A stretch of 59,702 bases of DNA from contig VGIQ01000003.1 of assembly GCA_016867835.1 (NCBI GenBank), forward strand, positions 1-59,702, read 5' to 3'. The notes under the pieces were generated by a model. It saw only the letters and a list, made by a program, of their open reading frames with translations. It was not told where the DNA came from and ran no database searches. This document shows positions 52,119-59,702 of the stretch, piece by piece. Position 1 is the first letter of the stretch; every line of letters begins with the position of its first letter. The position numbers were made by a program, and so were the translations under genes. Source of the DNA: Calditrichota bacterium. Lineage in GTDB: Bacteria; Electryoneota; AABM5-125-24; Hatepunaeales; Hatepunaeaceae.

Positions 52119-53915
52119 TCAATCCGCCTTTAGGATCGCCATAAAGGCCTCCTGAGGCAGTTCAACGCGGCCGATAACCTTCATGCGCTTTTTGCCTTCG
52201 CGCTGCTTTTCGAGCAGTTTACGCTTGCGGGTGATGTCGCCGCCGTAGCACTTTGCCAGGACGTTCTTGCGCATTGCGCGCACCGTCGAGCGGGCGATGA
52301 TCCGGCCTCCGATGGCGGCTTGAATCGCCACCTCGAACATCTGACGCGGGATCACCTCAGCCAGTTTGTCCACTACCCGCCGCCCCCAATTATAGGCTTT
52401 ATCCTCGTGGACGATCACCGAGAGCGCATCTACCATTTCGCTGTTTATCAGGATGTCAAGCCTCGAAAGTCGGGTCGGCTCCCAGCCGGTGTGCTCGTAG
52501 TCGAGCGACGCGAAGCCCCGGCTGACGGACTTAAGTTTGTCGTAGTAGTCGTAGATGATCTCGGCGAGCGGCAGTTTGTAGTGCAGGAGGACGCGCTTGG
52601 GGTCGAGATACTCGGTGTTGAGGTGCAGCCCCCGCCGCTCGGTCGTGATACCCATTATGGCTCCGATAGCATCCGGCGGAGTTACGATTTGTGCCGAGAC
52701 GATCGGCTCTTCGACCCGGGCAATGGCCGTCGATGGCGGCAGGAGCGTGGGGTTGTCAATCAGGATCACCTGCCCGTCTGTTGTCGTCACCCGATATTCA
52801 ACGTTGGGAACGGTGGTTACAAGGTTGAGACCGTATTCCCGTTCGAGACGTTCCTGGACGATTTCGAGGTGGAGCAGGCCTAAGAAGCCGCAGCGAAAGC
52901 CAAATCCCAGCGCGACCGAGGTTTCGGGCTCATACCAAAGCGATGCGTCGTTGAGTCTTAAGCGCTCCAGTCCGCTCTTTAGTTCCTCATAGTCTTCGGC
53001 CATCGCCGGGAAGAGGCCGGCAAAGACCATCGGTTTCGGTTCACGGTAGCCGGGAAGCATCCCCACATCGGGAAAGGCTGGATCGCCAATGGTGTCGCCG
53101 ACACGGGTCTCGGCAACTTCCTTGCAGCCGGGGATCAAATAGCCGACTTCGCCGGCCGCCAGTTCCTCGCCCGGATACTTCTTCAGCCGCAGGTAACCGA
53201 CCTCGTCGATCAGGTATTTCTTACCGGTGGAGTGAAAAACGATCGTCATCCCCGGCTTCATCACCCCGTTGACGACACGGACATAGGGAATGGCTCCCCG
53301 ATAGGTGTCGAATTGCGAATCGAAGATGAGCGCTTGCAGCGGCGCGTCGCTGCGTCCCTTTGGCGGCGGGATACGGGTTACGATGGCGTCGAGCAGTTCT
53401 GCGGCGCCGGTGCCTTCCTTGGCGCTGACGGAGAGGATTTCGTCCGGCGGACAGCCGAGCAGATCGACGATCTGCTGGCGCGAGCCATCAATGTCGGCAG
53501 CCGGGAGGTCGATCTTGTTCAGCACCGGGATGATGGTGAGGTTGGCTTCAACGGCTTGATAGAGGTTGGCGATGGTTTGCGCTTCGACGCCTTGAGCCGC
53601 ATCGACGAGCAGCAACGCGCCTTCGCAAGCCGCCAGCGCCCGCGAGACTTCATAACCAAAGTCCACGTGTCCGGGAGTATCGATCAAGTTTAGACGGTAT
53701 TCGCCGTCTGAGGGGCGCCGGTAAGTCATCGCCACCGCGTGAGCCTTGATGGTGATGCCGCGCTCGCGCTCGAGATCCATATCGTCGAGAATTTGCGGCA
53801 TACCGGCTCCGCCCGCAACGACGCCGGTCAGTTCAAGCAACCGGTCGGCGAGGGTCGATTTGCCATGGTCGATATGGGCAATGATACAGAAGTTGCGGAT
53901 GCGCTGCGGATCCAT
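52119..53915 (-). CDS. lepA: elongation factor 4 (translational GTPase LepA)
   Basis: [35 protein letters not shown], and the LepA-specific C-terminal domain. Confidence 0.9.
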   Translation of the reverse strand: MDPQRIRNFCIIAHIDHGKSTLADRLLELTGVVAGGAGMPQILDDMDLERERGITIKAHAVAMTYRRPSDGEYRLNLIDTPGHVDFGYEVSRALAACEGALLLVDAAQGVEAQTIANLYQAVEANLTIIPVLNKIDLPAADIDGSRQQIVDLLGCPPDEILSVSAKEGTGAAELLDAIVTRIPPPKGRSDAPLQALIFDSQFDTYRGAIPYVRVVNGVMKPGMTIVFHSTGKKYLIDEVGYLRLKKYPGEELAAGEVGYLIPGCKEVAETRVGDTIGDPAFPDVGMLPGYREPKPMVFAGLFPAMAEDYEELKSGLERLRLNDASLWYEPETSVALGFGFRCGFLGLLHLEIVQERLEREYGLNLVTTVPNVEYRVTTTDGQVILIDNPTLLPPSTAIARVEEPIVSAQIVTPPDAIGAIMGITTERRGLHLNTEYLDPKRVLLHYKLPLAEIIYDYYDKLKSVSRGFASLDYEHTGWEPTRLSRLDILINSEMVDALSVIVHEDKAYNWGRRVVDKLAEVIPRQMFEVAIQAAIGGRIIARSTVRAMRKNVLAKCYGGDITRKRKLLEKQREGKKRMKVIGRVELPQEAFMAILKAD

Positions 53916-53957
53916 TCCGAGTGGTCTGGCGCCTCGATGGGAGGAGGCGCCGTGAAG

Positions 53958-55166
53958 TTACTGGTTGTTGTTTAGAAAGTGAATTATCGTCTCGCCCATT
54001 CCTTCGGCCAAGGTCTGGCGAAACGACCTGGTCTTCAGTTGTTTCGCTTCCTGAGGATTGGTGATGAAAGCCATCTCGAACAGGATCGCCGGCATCGATG
54101 CGCCGACCAATACATAGAAACCGGCTTGATCGACGCCGCGGTTCTTCAGCCCGGCTTTAGGCGCAACGCGCTCTTGGACCAGTCCAGCCAGGCTCTGCGA
54201 TTCCCGGGTAAAAGTCGCCTGCGCCATCGAGAGCAGGATGAAGTTCTCCTCCGTGATGTCGCGGTAGTCTTCGGGCGAATCCTCCAGGTGGATCACCTCG
54301 TTTTCAAGGAGCGCCACCTCCATTGCCCGTGCGGTCTTTGCCGGAGCCAGGAAGTAGGTCTCCATTCCGCCGGCCTTCTTGTTTTTCGCGGCATTGCAAT
54401 GCAGACTGACGAAGAGTTTGCCCCCGCTGCGATTGGCAATGCGGGTCCGCTCGGCGAGCGGGATGAAGATATCAGTTTCACGGGTCAGAATGGTCCGGAT
54501 GCCCTTTTCGCGAAGGACTTTGGCGAGGCGCAGACCGACGTCGAGACAGATTTCCTTCTCTTTCAAGCCTCCGGACCCGATGGCTCCCGGATCCTTGCCG
54601 CCGTGCCCGGGGTCGATTACGACGACATCGAGAGCCCAGCGCTCGCGGTCGGCCGCCAGACGCCGGTTCGTTGCGCCGTTATCGACTGCACCCGGTGAAG
54701 GTCCTTTAAAGTGGATGGAGTGCGATTCGGGTTCGAACCGGAGTTCGATGCCGGTGAAGCGTTGGATCAACCGGCAGAGCGAGCCGCTTTCTGCAAAGCA
54801 GCGCCCGTCTTCCTGCAGTACCGGGAAGAGAAGGTTGCCCGTTTCGGACCCGATGACGACCGCCGCTGTACCGTCATGAAATCGGAGGCTCCTCCCGGAG
54901 AGGACGACCTCGAGTCCGGCACTCTCATCCTCGACAACCTGCCCCCCCAGGCGTCTTGCCAGGGCTGCAATATCGATCCACGCACCACTGCCCACCGGTC
55001 GCGATGGTATGGTATCGGGTGCGCTGACTCCGGAATGATAACAGAGGACGTAATCGACCTCGCCCTGCGCATAACCGGTTCCGCTGCTGAGCCAAAAAGC
55101 GAGCGCAAGGCACGCGGTCGCACCAAACCAGCGCCTGATCACTGCCGGAGCGACAGCGCCGACCAT
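53958..55166 (-). CDS. N-acetylmuramoyl-L-alanine amidase (Amidase_3, AmiC-like)
   Basis: VVIDPGHGGKDPGAIGSGGLKEKEICLDVGLRLAKVLREKGIRTILTRETDIFIPLAERTRIANRSGGKLFVSLHCNA. Overlaps the upstream gene by about 28 nt. Confidence 0.8.
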   Translation of the reverse strand: MVGAVAPAVIRRWFGATACLALAFWLSSGTGYAQGEVDYVLCYHSGVSAPDTIPSRPVGSGAWIDIAALARRLGGQVVEDESAGLEVVLSGRSLRFHDGTAAVVIGSETGNLLFPVLQEDGRCFAESGSLCRLIQRFTGIELRFEPESHSIHFKGPSPGAVDNGATNRRLAADRERWALDVVVIDPGHGGKDPGAIGSGGLKEKEICLDVGLRLAKVLREKGIRTILTRETDIFIPLAERTRIANRSGGKLFVSLHCNAAKNKKAGGMETYFLAPAKTARAMEVALLENEVIHLEDSPEDYRDITEENFILLSMAQATFTRESQSLAGLVQERVAPKAGLKNRGVDQAGFYVLVGASMPAILFEMAFITNPQEAKQLKTRSFRQTLAEGMGETIIHFLNNNQ

Positions 55167-56305
55167 CTCCCGGCAATCGAATCGGCAAGCGACATTACGC
55201 AGTCGGCGTAGAAGGACGATTTGTTATACGTCAGAATTGCTTTTCGGCGTCGGATGCGGTCGGGGCTTTCAGGCCAGCCGTTCTTTCTCAAGTAATTTGC
55301 GATCGAGGCTCCCGCATCGGCCACCCGGTCGAGGTCGATTACGCCGTCGCCGTTGCCATCCCTGCCATAGGCGCGGTAACTCGACGGGATGAACTGGCAA
55401 AGTCCGAAGGCACCGGCAAACGAGCCGGGCGTGGCGAGCGGATCGACGCCGCCGTGGCGTGCCATATAGAGCAGGTCGCGCAACTGGCTTCGCGCCCAGA
55501 GTGCCCGGCGGGTGAGCCGGGCGGTCATTTCCGACCGCGGGTAGTCGGGGGGCGGCGATAGGACGGCTTGAATCTCCCGCACATCACCGAGCGCCAGCGT
55601 CCAGAAGACGTTGAAGACCGACTCCTTGCCGGTGAAGGTGCCGAAGTTGGTCTCCACCTTCATTATCGCAAGAAGAAATTCGGGTGGAACGCCCCCCTGA
55701 CCGGCAGCCGGCGCGAGCGCGCTGCGGTGGAGGTTCCAATATGCGATCGACTGCTCGACGGCGTCAAAGGTCAGGTTATGGGCATATAGCGCTTCATGTT
55801 CGACAAAGGTCGAATTGCGCACCAGCAGGTCGCCGCGAAATCTCACCCGGCGATCGTCGAGCAGCAGTGCCAGGTGGTCACGATCATCCTGCTTCCAGCC
55901 TTGCCGTTCGACCACTTCGAGGAGCATCCGTTTGAGCGATTGAAGATCGGCGGTGTCGGGAACGACCTTCCCGGCGAGGGGCGTTGCGACCCGACCGGCA
56001 ACCGGCGGACTAACGGTCTCGGCCGGTTTCGCAGTGTTATTCGACCCGACGGGAACATCGACCGGCGGATTCGCATTCTGAAGAGAATCGGTATACGGCT
56101 CGACGGTCGGACTCACAATTACGGCCGGGGTCGCTGCGAAAGACTCTGTGGCAGCCACGCTGATAACAGGCTCACTTGCCGGGTTACTTTCCGGATCGGG
56201 CGATGCGCTCTCAGGAGTGCCAAACCGCTTGTTCATCCCGTTGATAATCAGGATGACTCCGGCGACGGCAAGGCCAATCGCGACAACGTTCCAGAGGCGG
56301 CTCAT
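55139..56305 (-). CDS. lytic murein transglycosylase (MltB family)
   Basis: EFLLAIMKVETNFG catalytic-Glu region, and GAFGLCQFIPSSYRAYGRDGNGDG, characteristic of MltB-type SLT domains. Confidence 0.7.
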   Translation of the reverse strand: MSRLWNVVAIGLAVAGVILIINGMNKRFGTPESASPDPESNPASEPVISVAATESFAATPAVIVSPTVEPYTDSLQNANPPVDVPVGSNNTAKPAETVSPPVAGRVATPLAGKVVPDTADLQSLKRMLLEVVERQGWKQDDRDHLALLLDDRRVRFRGDLLVRNSTFVEHEALYAHNLTFDAVEQSIAYWNLHRSALAPAAGQGGVPPEFLLAIMKVETNFGTFTGKESVFNVFWTLALGDVREIQAVLSPPPDYPRSEMTARLTRRALWARSQLRDLLYMARHGGVDPLATPGSFAGAFGLCQFIPSSYRAYGRDGNGDGVIDLDRVADAGASIANYLRKNGWPESPDRIRRRKAILTYNKSSFYADCVMSLADSIAGRWSALSLRQ

Positions 56306-56353
56306 TTCAGTGGACTGAGAGAAGATTCCAGAGTGAGCGTCCGTCCGGGGAGG

Positions 56354-58195
56354 TCAAATGTCAATCGCATAGGAATAACTAATATAGCCTTCAAGATCGC
56401 CCTTATCAACGGCGTTGAGGTAAGTTTGGGCAGCCATCAATCCAAACCAACTGCGACCCGACTGCCCGACAAGCGAAACCGACCAGCGCATTCCCCGGCC
56501 GGATAGGCGCACCACCCGCATCCGGTCGGGCAAACCGGACTCTGAAAGATAAATGGGCAGCGCAGCTGGCGTGTCGAACCAACTTCCGGTGAGGCTTAGT
56601 GTGCTACTTCCGGGCAATCCAAGACGTTCGGTCGAAGTCTCGTCTTCGTAGCGAATCAGCCCGAGCCAGCCGGTCTGACGACCGGTCGTCGAAGGTGACC
56701 TGTAACCGGTCTCCAGACCGGCGATGAAGGCATGCCCGTAATGCGAACCGTAGTCGGTCCGGTGTAAATAGCGCACCCGGGAGACGTCGGCTCTTTCGAT
56801 AGCACCGGCTTCGCCGTGCCCGATGACGTCGCGCTGATGCCGGAGGCGAAGCCGCCCCGAGTGGATCGGATTATAAGCGAATTCACCTTCGAGCGAGGCT
56901 TTGGATTCAGAGTGTGGCTCGGGGACTGTTACCGTCCGCGCCGGACGGTGCGTTGCTTCGAGGTAGAGCGCCAGTTTGGAGAGTTTGAACAAACGGCCGT
57001 CGAATCGAGACTTACGGAACGATCTATGAAGACTTGCCGCAACGCCCTGCAGATTGGACGCTTGATCTCCTATCGGCGATGCTCCGGCGGGATTCCGGTA
57101 TTCGGGCGGCAGGTCGAAGGCGATCAGATGGAGCGACGGAATATCCCCATCCCGCTTCCGATTCAGCGTAATGCAACGGGCCCGGGTGCGGTTCCGGTCA
57201 GAAGCGATCTCCCCGAAAAGTCCGGTGATGCCGGCTTCGAAGCCAAGACTAAGACCGGCCGCACCGGCGTTGCGTCCGGCTAAAGGATAAGGGTAGCGGA
57301 CGTTCGGCATCGGCTCGAAGGGTGGTTTATACTTCCCCTGCCAGCCGGAGAGTCCGGCGTTTAGGGAAAGGTCACGGGCGATTCGCTCCCGCCACTCTAT
57401 AGCCCCTCCAACGGCAGACTCGACGACCGAATCACGCTTGCGCGCTTCGCCGGGTGTCCGGTGCAAGCCTCCGTCGGAGAGGCGCTCGATCCGGCCGTCG
57501 GGTGTGACGATGGCATCATAGGGTGTCTTCGATGTGAAGAGGAGAACCTCCCAGGCTCCAAATTCGCCTCGAACTCCGACGCCTCGAAAGGACTTATTGA
57601 GACGGGTGCCGGATGCCGGGGAGAGGGTCGGGGATGGCTTCCGGTAAAGGGGCGAAGACGGAAATAACGAAAAGTATGCGGGAATCTTACCGACTGCCAA
57701 CCCCAAGCCGCTTGAAGTATGGAAATCCCCGGCGATAATATGCAGGGACTCGCGGTCGTAGTCGAGGTAGAAGCGGCTTAGGTCATCGAAGCGCGGCTCA
57801 TATTTATCCTTATCTAAGGTGGCTCCCGCCGACCAATTTGGGTGAGTGGCCTTATAACGTTGGACGATGCCGTAAGGCGAACCATCGTAACGATTCTCGT
57901 CAACACGGCTTCCCGGTCCAAACCGGCGGTCGATCCGACCCCTCGCTTGCAGGCGGATTGGGAACCGGCTGCCGGGCGGGGATGCGAAGGCATCGCTCCA
58001 GCCGGGCAGGGCTGGCTCGATGAGCATCTCTTCAAGGTCATCCGCTTCGATCCAGTCGATGGGGTAGATGGGAGGTGTCGTCCAGAGGATGTCGGACTGG
58101 AGAGGAAGCGGCGAAAGCAAGGTAACTTGAAATGACGCAGCGGCGAGGAGTAACTTGAGGGGAGAGCGACGGAAGCGTCGTTTGCTGGTAGCCAT
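56354..58195 (-). CDS. hypothetical secreted/outer-membrane protein (about 613 aa)
   Basis: Signal peptide MATSKRRFRRSPLKLLLAAASF, alternating beta-strand-like composition rich in G, Y and R. No recognisable catalytic motif. Start placed at the internal MATSK. Confidence 0.4.
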   Translation of the reverse strand: MATSKRRFRRSPLKLLLAAASFQVTLLSPLPLQSDILWTTPPIYPIDWIEADDLEEMLIEPALPGWSDAFASPPGSRFPIRLQARGRIDRRFGPGSRVDENRYDGSPYGIVQRYKATHPNWSAGATLDKDKYEPRFDDLSRFYLDYDRESLHIIAGDFHTSSGLGLAVGKIPAYFSLFPSSPLYRKPSPTLSPASGTRLNKSFRGVGVRGEFGAWEVLLFTSKTPYDAIVTPDGRIERLSDGGLHRTPGEARKRDSVVESAVGGAIEWRERIARDLSLNAGLSGWQGKYKPPFEPMPNVRYPYPLAGRNAGAAGLSLGFEAGITGLFGEIASDRNRTRARCITLNRKRDGDIPSLHLIAFDLPPEYRNPAGASPIGDQASNLQGVAASLHRSFRKSRFDGRLFKLSKLALYLEATHRPARTVTVPEPHSESKASLEGEFAYNPIHSGRLRLRHQRDVIGHGEAGAIERADVSRVRYLHRTDYGSHYGHAFIAGLETGYRSPSTTGRQTGWLGLIRYEDETSTERLGLPGSSTLSLTGSWFDTPAALPIYLSESGLPDRMRVVRLSGRGMRWSVSLVGQSGRSWFGLMAAQTYLNAVDKGDLEGYISYSYAIDI

Positions 58196-58527
58196 TAAAG
58201 ACAATATAGACCGGCTCCACACTGGGCACAAGCCGAACGATCGGGCAAAGAAGGGACCTGGTGTGCGGCGGACTTGATTTGCGCTTGTCATCGCCCTATT
58301 TTGAAGGCAGGAGTAGTGGAGACCGGCGATATTGCGAGATCCAACTCCCGCCGGATTTGTTATAATTTCCCCAATCCGGCGGCAGGCGTGCAACTGGACG
58401 CCCTTGTCCGGTTGCCAATGGGCGGACGGGGACGTCCGCCCGCACTGCTTGGGTTTACCCATTGGGTGAAGTTTTTCATCGGTTGCCGCTGGCTTAGGGT
58501 CATACTACAATCTGAAGAGCAAAACGC

Positions 58528-59076
58528 GTGAGCATTCGTGCACTGGAGCACTGCTTCCCGCAGTTGGAGCGAATAGGGGCTGAAATGCTTCGTCAGCAGG
58601 TCCGGGAGTGCTGGCTGATGGCTATTTCCGAGGGCCGCTGGGAAGTTGACGACCTCGAAGCGATTCCCTTTAGTTTTTTGGGAACGCCCGACATATCGCT
58701 TGCCGCGCATACCCGCAATGTAACCGATTCGGCTCTGGCGCTGGGGAGGGTGCTGGGTCCAGCCTATGCGGGGCATTTTCGGATCGATTTCGACATTCTG
58801 CTTGCCGGAGGATTGCTGCACGACGTCGGCAAGTGTCTCGAGTATGAGCGTCGTCCGGACGGCACATTTGCCGTCAGTCCCGACGGAAGACTTCGCCGGC
58901 ATCCGATCTCGGGAACTGCACTGGCCGCCCGGTGCGGGCTTCCGGAAGCGGTTCAGCACATTATCGCGGTTCACTCCCGGGAAGGCGACGGCGGATACCG
59001 GTCGCCGGAGGCATGGATCGTCCATCACTCCGACTTCGTCAACTTCGAACCGCTTCGCCGCGGAGTGATGCCTTGA
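58528..59076 (+). CDS. HD-domain phosphohydrolase
   Basis: The H...HD motif GGLLHDVGK and downstream His/Asp residues (AVHSREGDG...HHSDF). Confidence 0.7.
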   Translation: MSIRALEHCFPQLERIGAEMLRQQVRECWLMAISEGRWEVDDLEAIPFSFLGTPDISLAAHTRNVTDSALALGRVLGPAYAGHFRIDFDILLAGGLLHDVGKCLEYERRPDGTFAVSPDGRLRRHPISGTALAARCGLPEAVQHIIAVHSREGDGGYRSPEAWIVHHSDFVNFEPLRRGVMP

Positions 59077-59098
59077 CACTGCCGATTTGAGATAGATT

Positions 59099-59184
59099 GC
59101 GAGAGTGGCGGAACTGGCAGACGCGCCGGACTTAGGATCCGGTCCGCCCAACGGTGGATGGGGGTTCGACTCCCCCCTCTCGCA
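59099..59184 (+). tRNA. tRNA-Leu (anticodon UAG), type II with long variable arm
   Basis: Cloverleaf: acceptor GCGAGAG/CTCTCGC, D-stem GCG/CGC, anticodon stem CCGGA/TCCGG with loop CTTAGGA, variable-arm stem CCGCC/GGTGG, T-arm GGGGG-TTCGACT-CCCCC, discriminator A. CCA is not encoded. Confidence 0.85.
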
Positions 59185-59262
59185 CCCCAACCATCCGGAA
59201 CCGGACAGGACTCCGAAATTACCCGACCTTCAGGCGACACCCGCACTACAGACAGCGACCTG

Positions 59263-59702
59263 ATACGCGAAGCGCGCGAGATCAGCGCGGCGACCCGCAT
59301 CGGTCTCTACTGGAATCTGATCCTCGGAGCGCTAAAGTTTGCCGCTGGACTGTTGGTCGGATCGCTCGCGCTCCTGGCCGATGGATTTAACTCGGTTGCC
59401 GACGTCCTGACCGATCTGGCGCTGATCGTCGGCGCCCGAATGGCGGCGCGTCCTCCCGACCGCAGCCACCCCTTTGGGCACGGCAAGATCGAAACCTTTG
59501 TCGCGGGGGGCGTTGACATCGGCGTCATCGTCGTTGGAGCCGGCATCGTCTGGAGCGCGGTGGAGGCTTTGATGGGGGGCAGCAAGTCGCCTATCGACGG
59601 CGTTCCGGTAGTTTTCGTCTCGGCAGGGACGATCGTCGTCAAGGAATGGCTCTTCCGGCGGACGCGACTCGTAGCGGCGCGCTGCCGCAGCGCTGCGCTG
59701 CA
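59263..59702 (+). CDS. cation diffusion facilitator (CDF) family metal transporter, 5' part (runs off the window end)
   Basis: ISAATRIGLYWNLILGALKFAAGLLVGSLALLADGFNSVADV ... PPDRSHPFGHGKIE is the classic CDF TM1-TM3 signature. There is no canonical ATG upstream in frame, so the start is uncertain. Confidence 0.6.
   Translation, partial: MREAREISAATRIGLYWNLILGALKFAAGLLVGSLALLADGFNSVADVLTDLALIVGARMAARPPDRSHPFGHGKIETFVAGGVDIGVIVVGAGIVWSAVEALMGGSKSPIDGVPVVFVSAGTIVVKEWLFRRTRLVAARCRSAAL

Noticed and set aside
53958-56305. 28-nt overlap between the amidase and MltB genes, as a possible frameshift or pseudogene
   Set aside because: Both reading frames are intact and full-length. Short overlaps or alternative internal starts are common in this compact operon.

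Overview
This is a high-GC (about 60-65%) Gram-negative chromosomal segment, and almost every gene is on the minus strand. Lineage clues are an LPS core cluster (Kdo transferase and heptosyltransferase), a T9SS C-terminal sorting domain on a BNR-repeat protein, a PorV-like outer membrane protein, and little reliance on Shine-Dalgarno sequences. Taken together these suggest an FCB-group-like or candidate-phylum bacterium.

Most of the window is housekeeping genes: LPS core genes, ispB, priA, ubiE, a split transketolase, cdsA, pyrDK, rpsT, guaB, rpe, rsmB, fmt, yajC, tgt, rsuA, gcvH-gcvPA, accBC, efp, ligA, lepAB, cell-wall hydrolases and a tRNA-Leu.

Two accessory insertions interrupt this core. 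The first (37.2-40.5 kb) is a single-polypeptide Type IIG restriction-modification enzyme whose C-terminal target-recognition segment is distinctly AT-rich. The second (46.5-49.0 kb) is a low-GC islet carrying a DUF4258-DUF2283-DUF2442 toxin-antitoxin-like triad, a 324-aa hypothetical protein with a GIY-YIG-like motif, and an AbiEii-like nucleotidyltransferase with an overlapping small ORF.

The window is rich in dispersed repeats. There is a 275-bp tandem array of 25-nt hairpin units with non-unique spacers (not CRISPR), and an inverted copy of that unit elsewhere. There are two inverted copies of a roughly 78-bp MITE-like element plus two half copies. There are two related heptamer/hexamer stop-rich repeat blocks at the accessory/core junctions. 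There are several CCCCCCGC...GCGGGGGG and GGATTCCCGC...GCGGGAAT REP-like hairpins.

Two subunit partnerships look broken: a porB-like 2-oxoacid:ferredoxin oxidoreductase beta subunit has no partner subunits, and gcvPA has no gcvPB; both sit next to repeat-rich DNA. No integrase, transposase or CRISPR array was seen. Many of the + strand ORFs in the track are antisense or repeat-derived artefacts.
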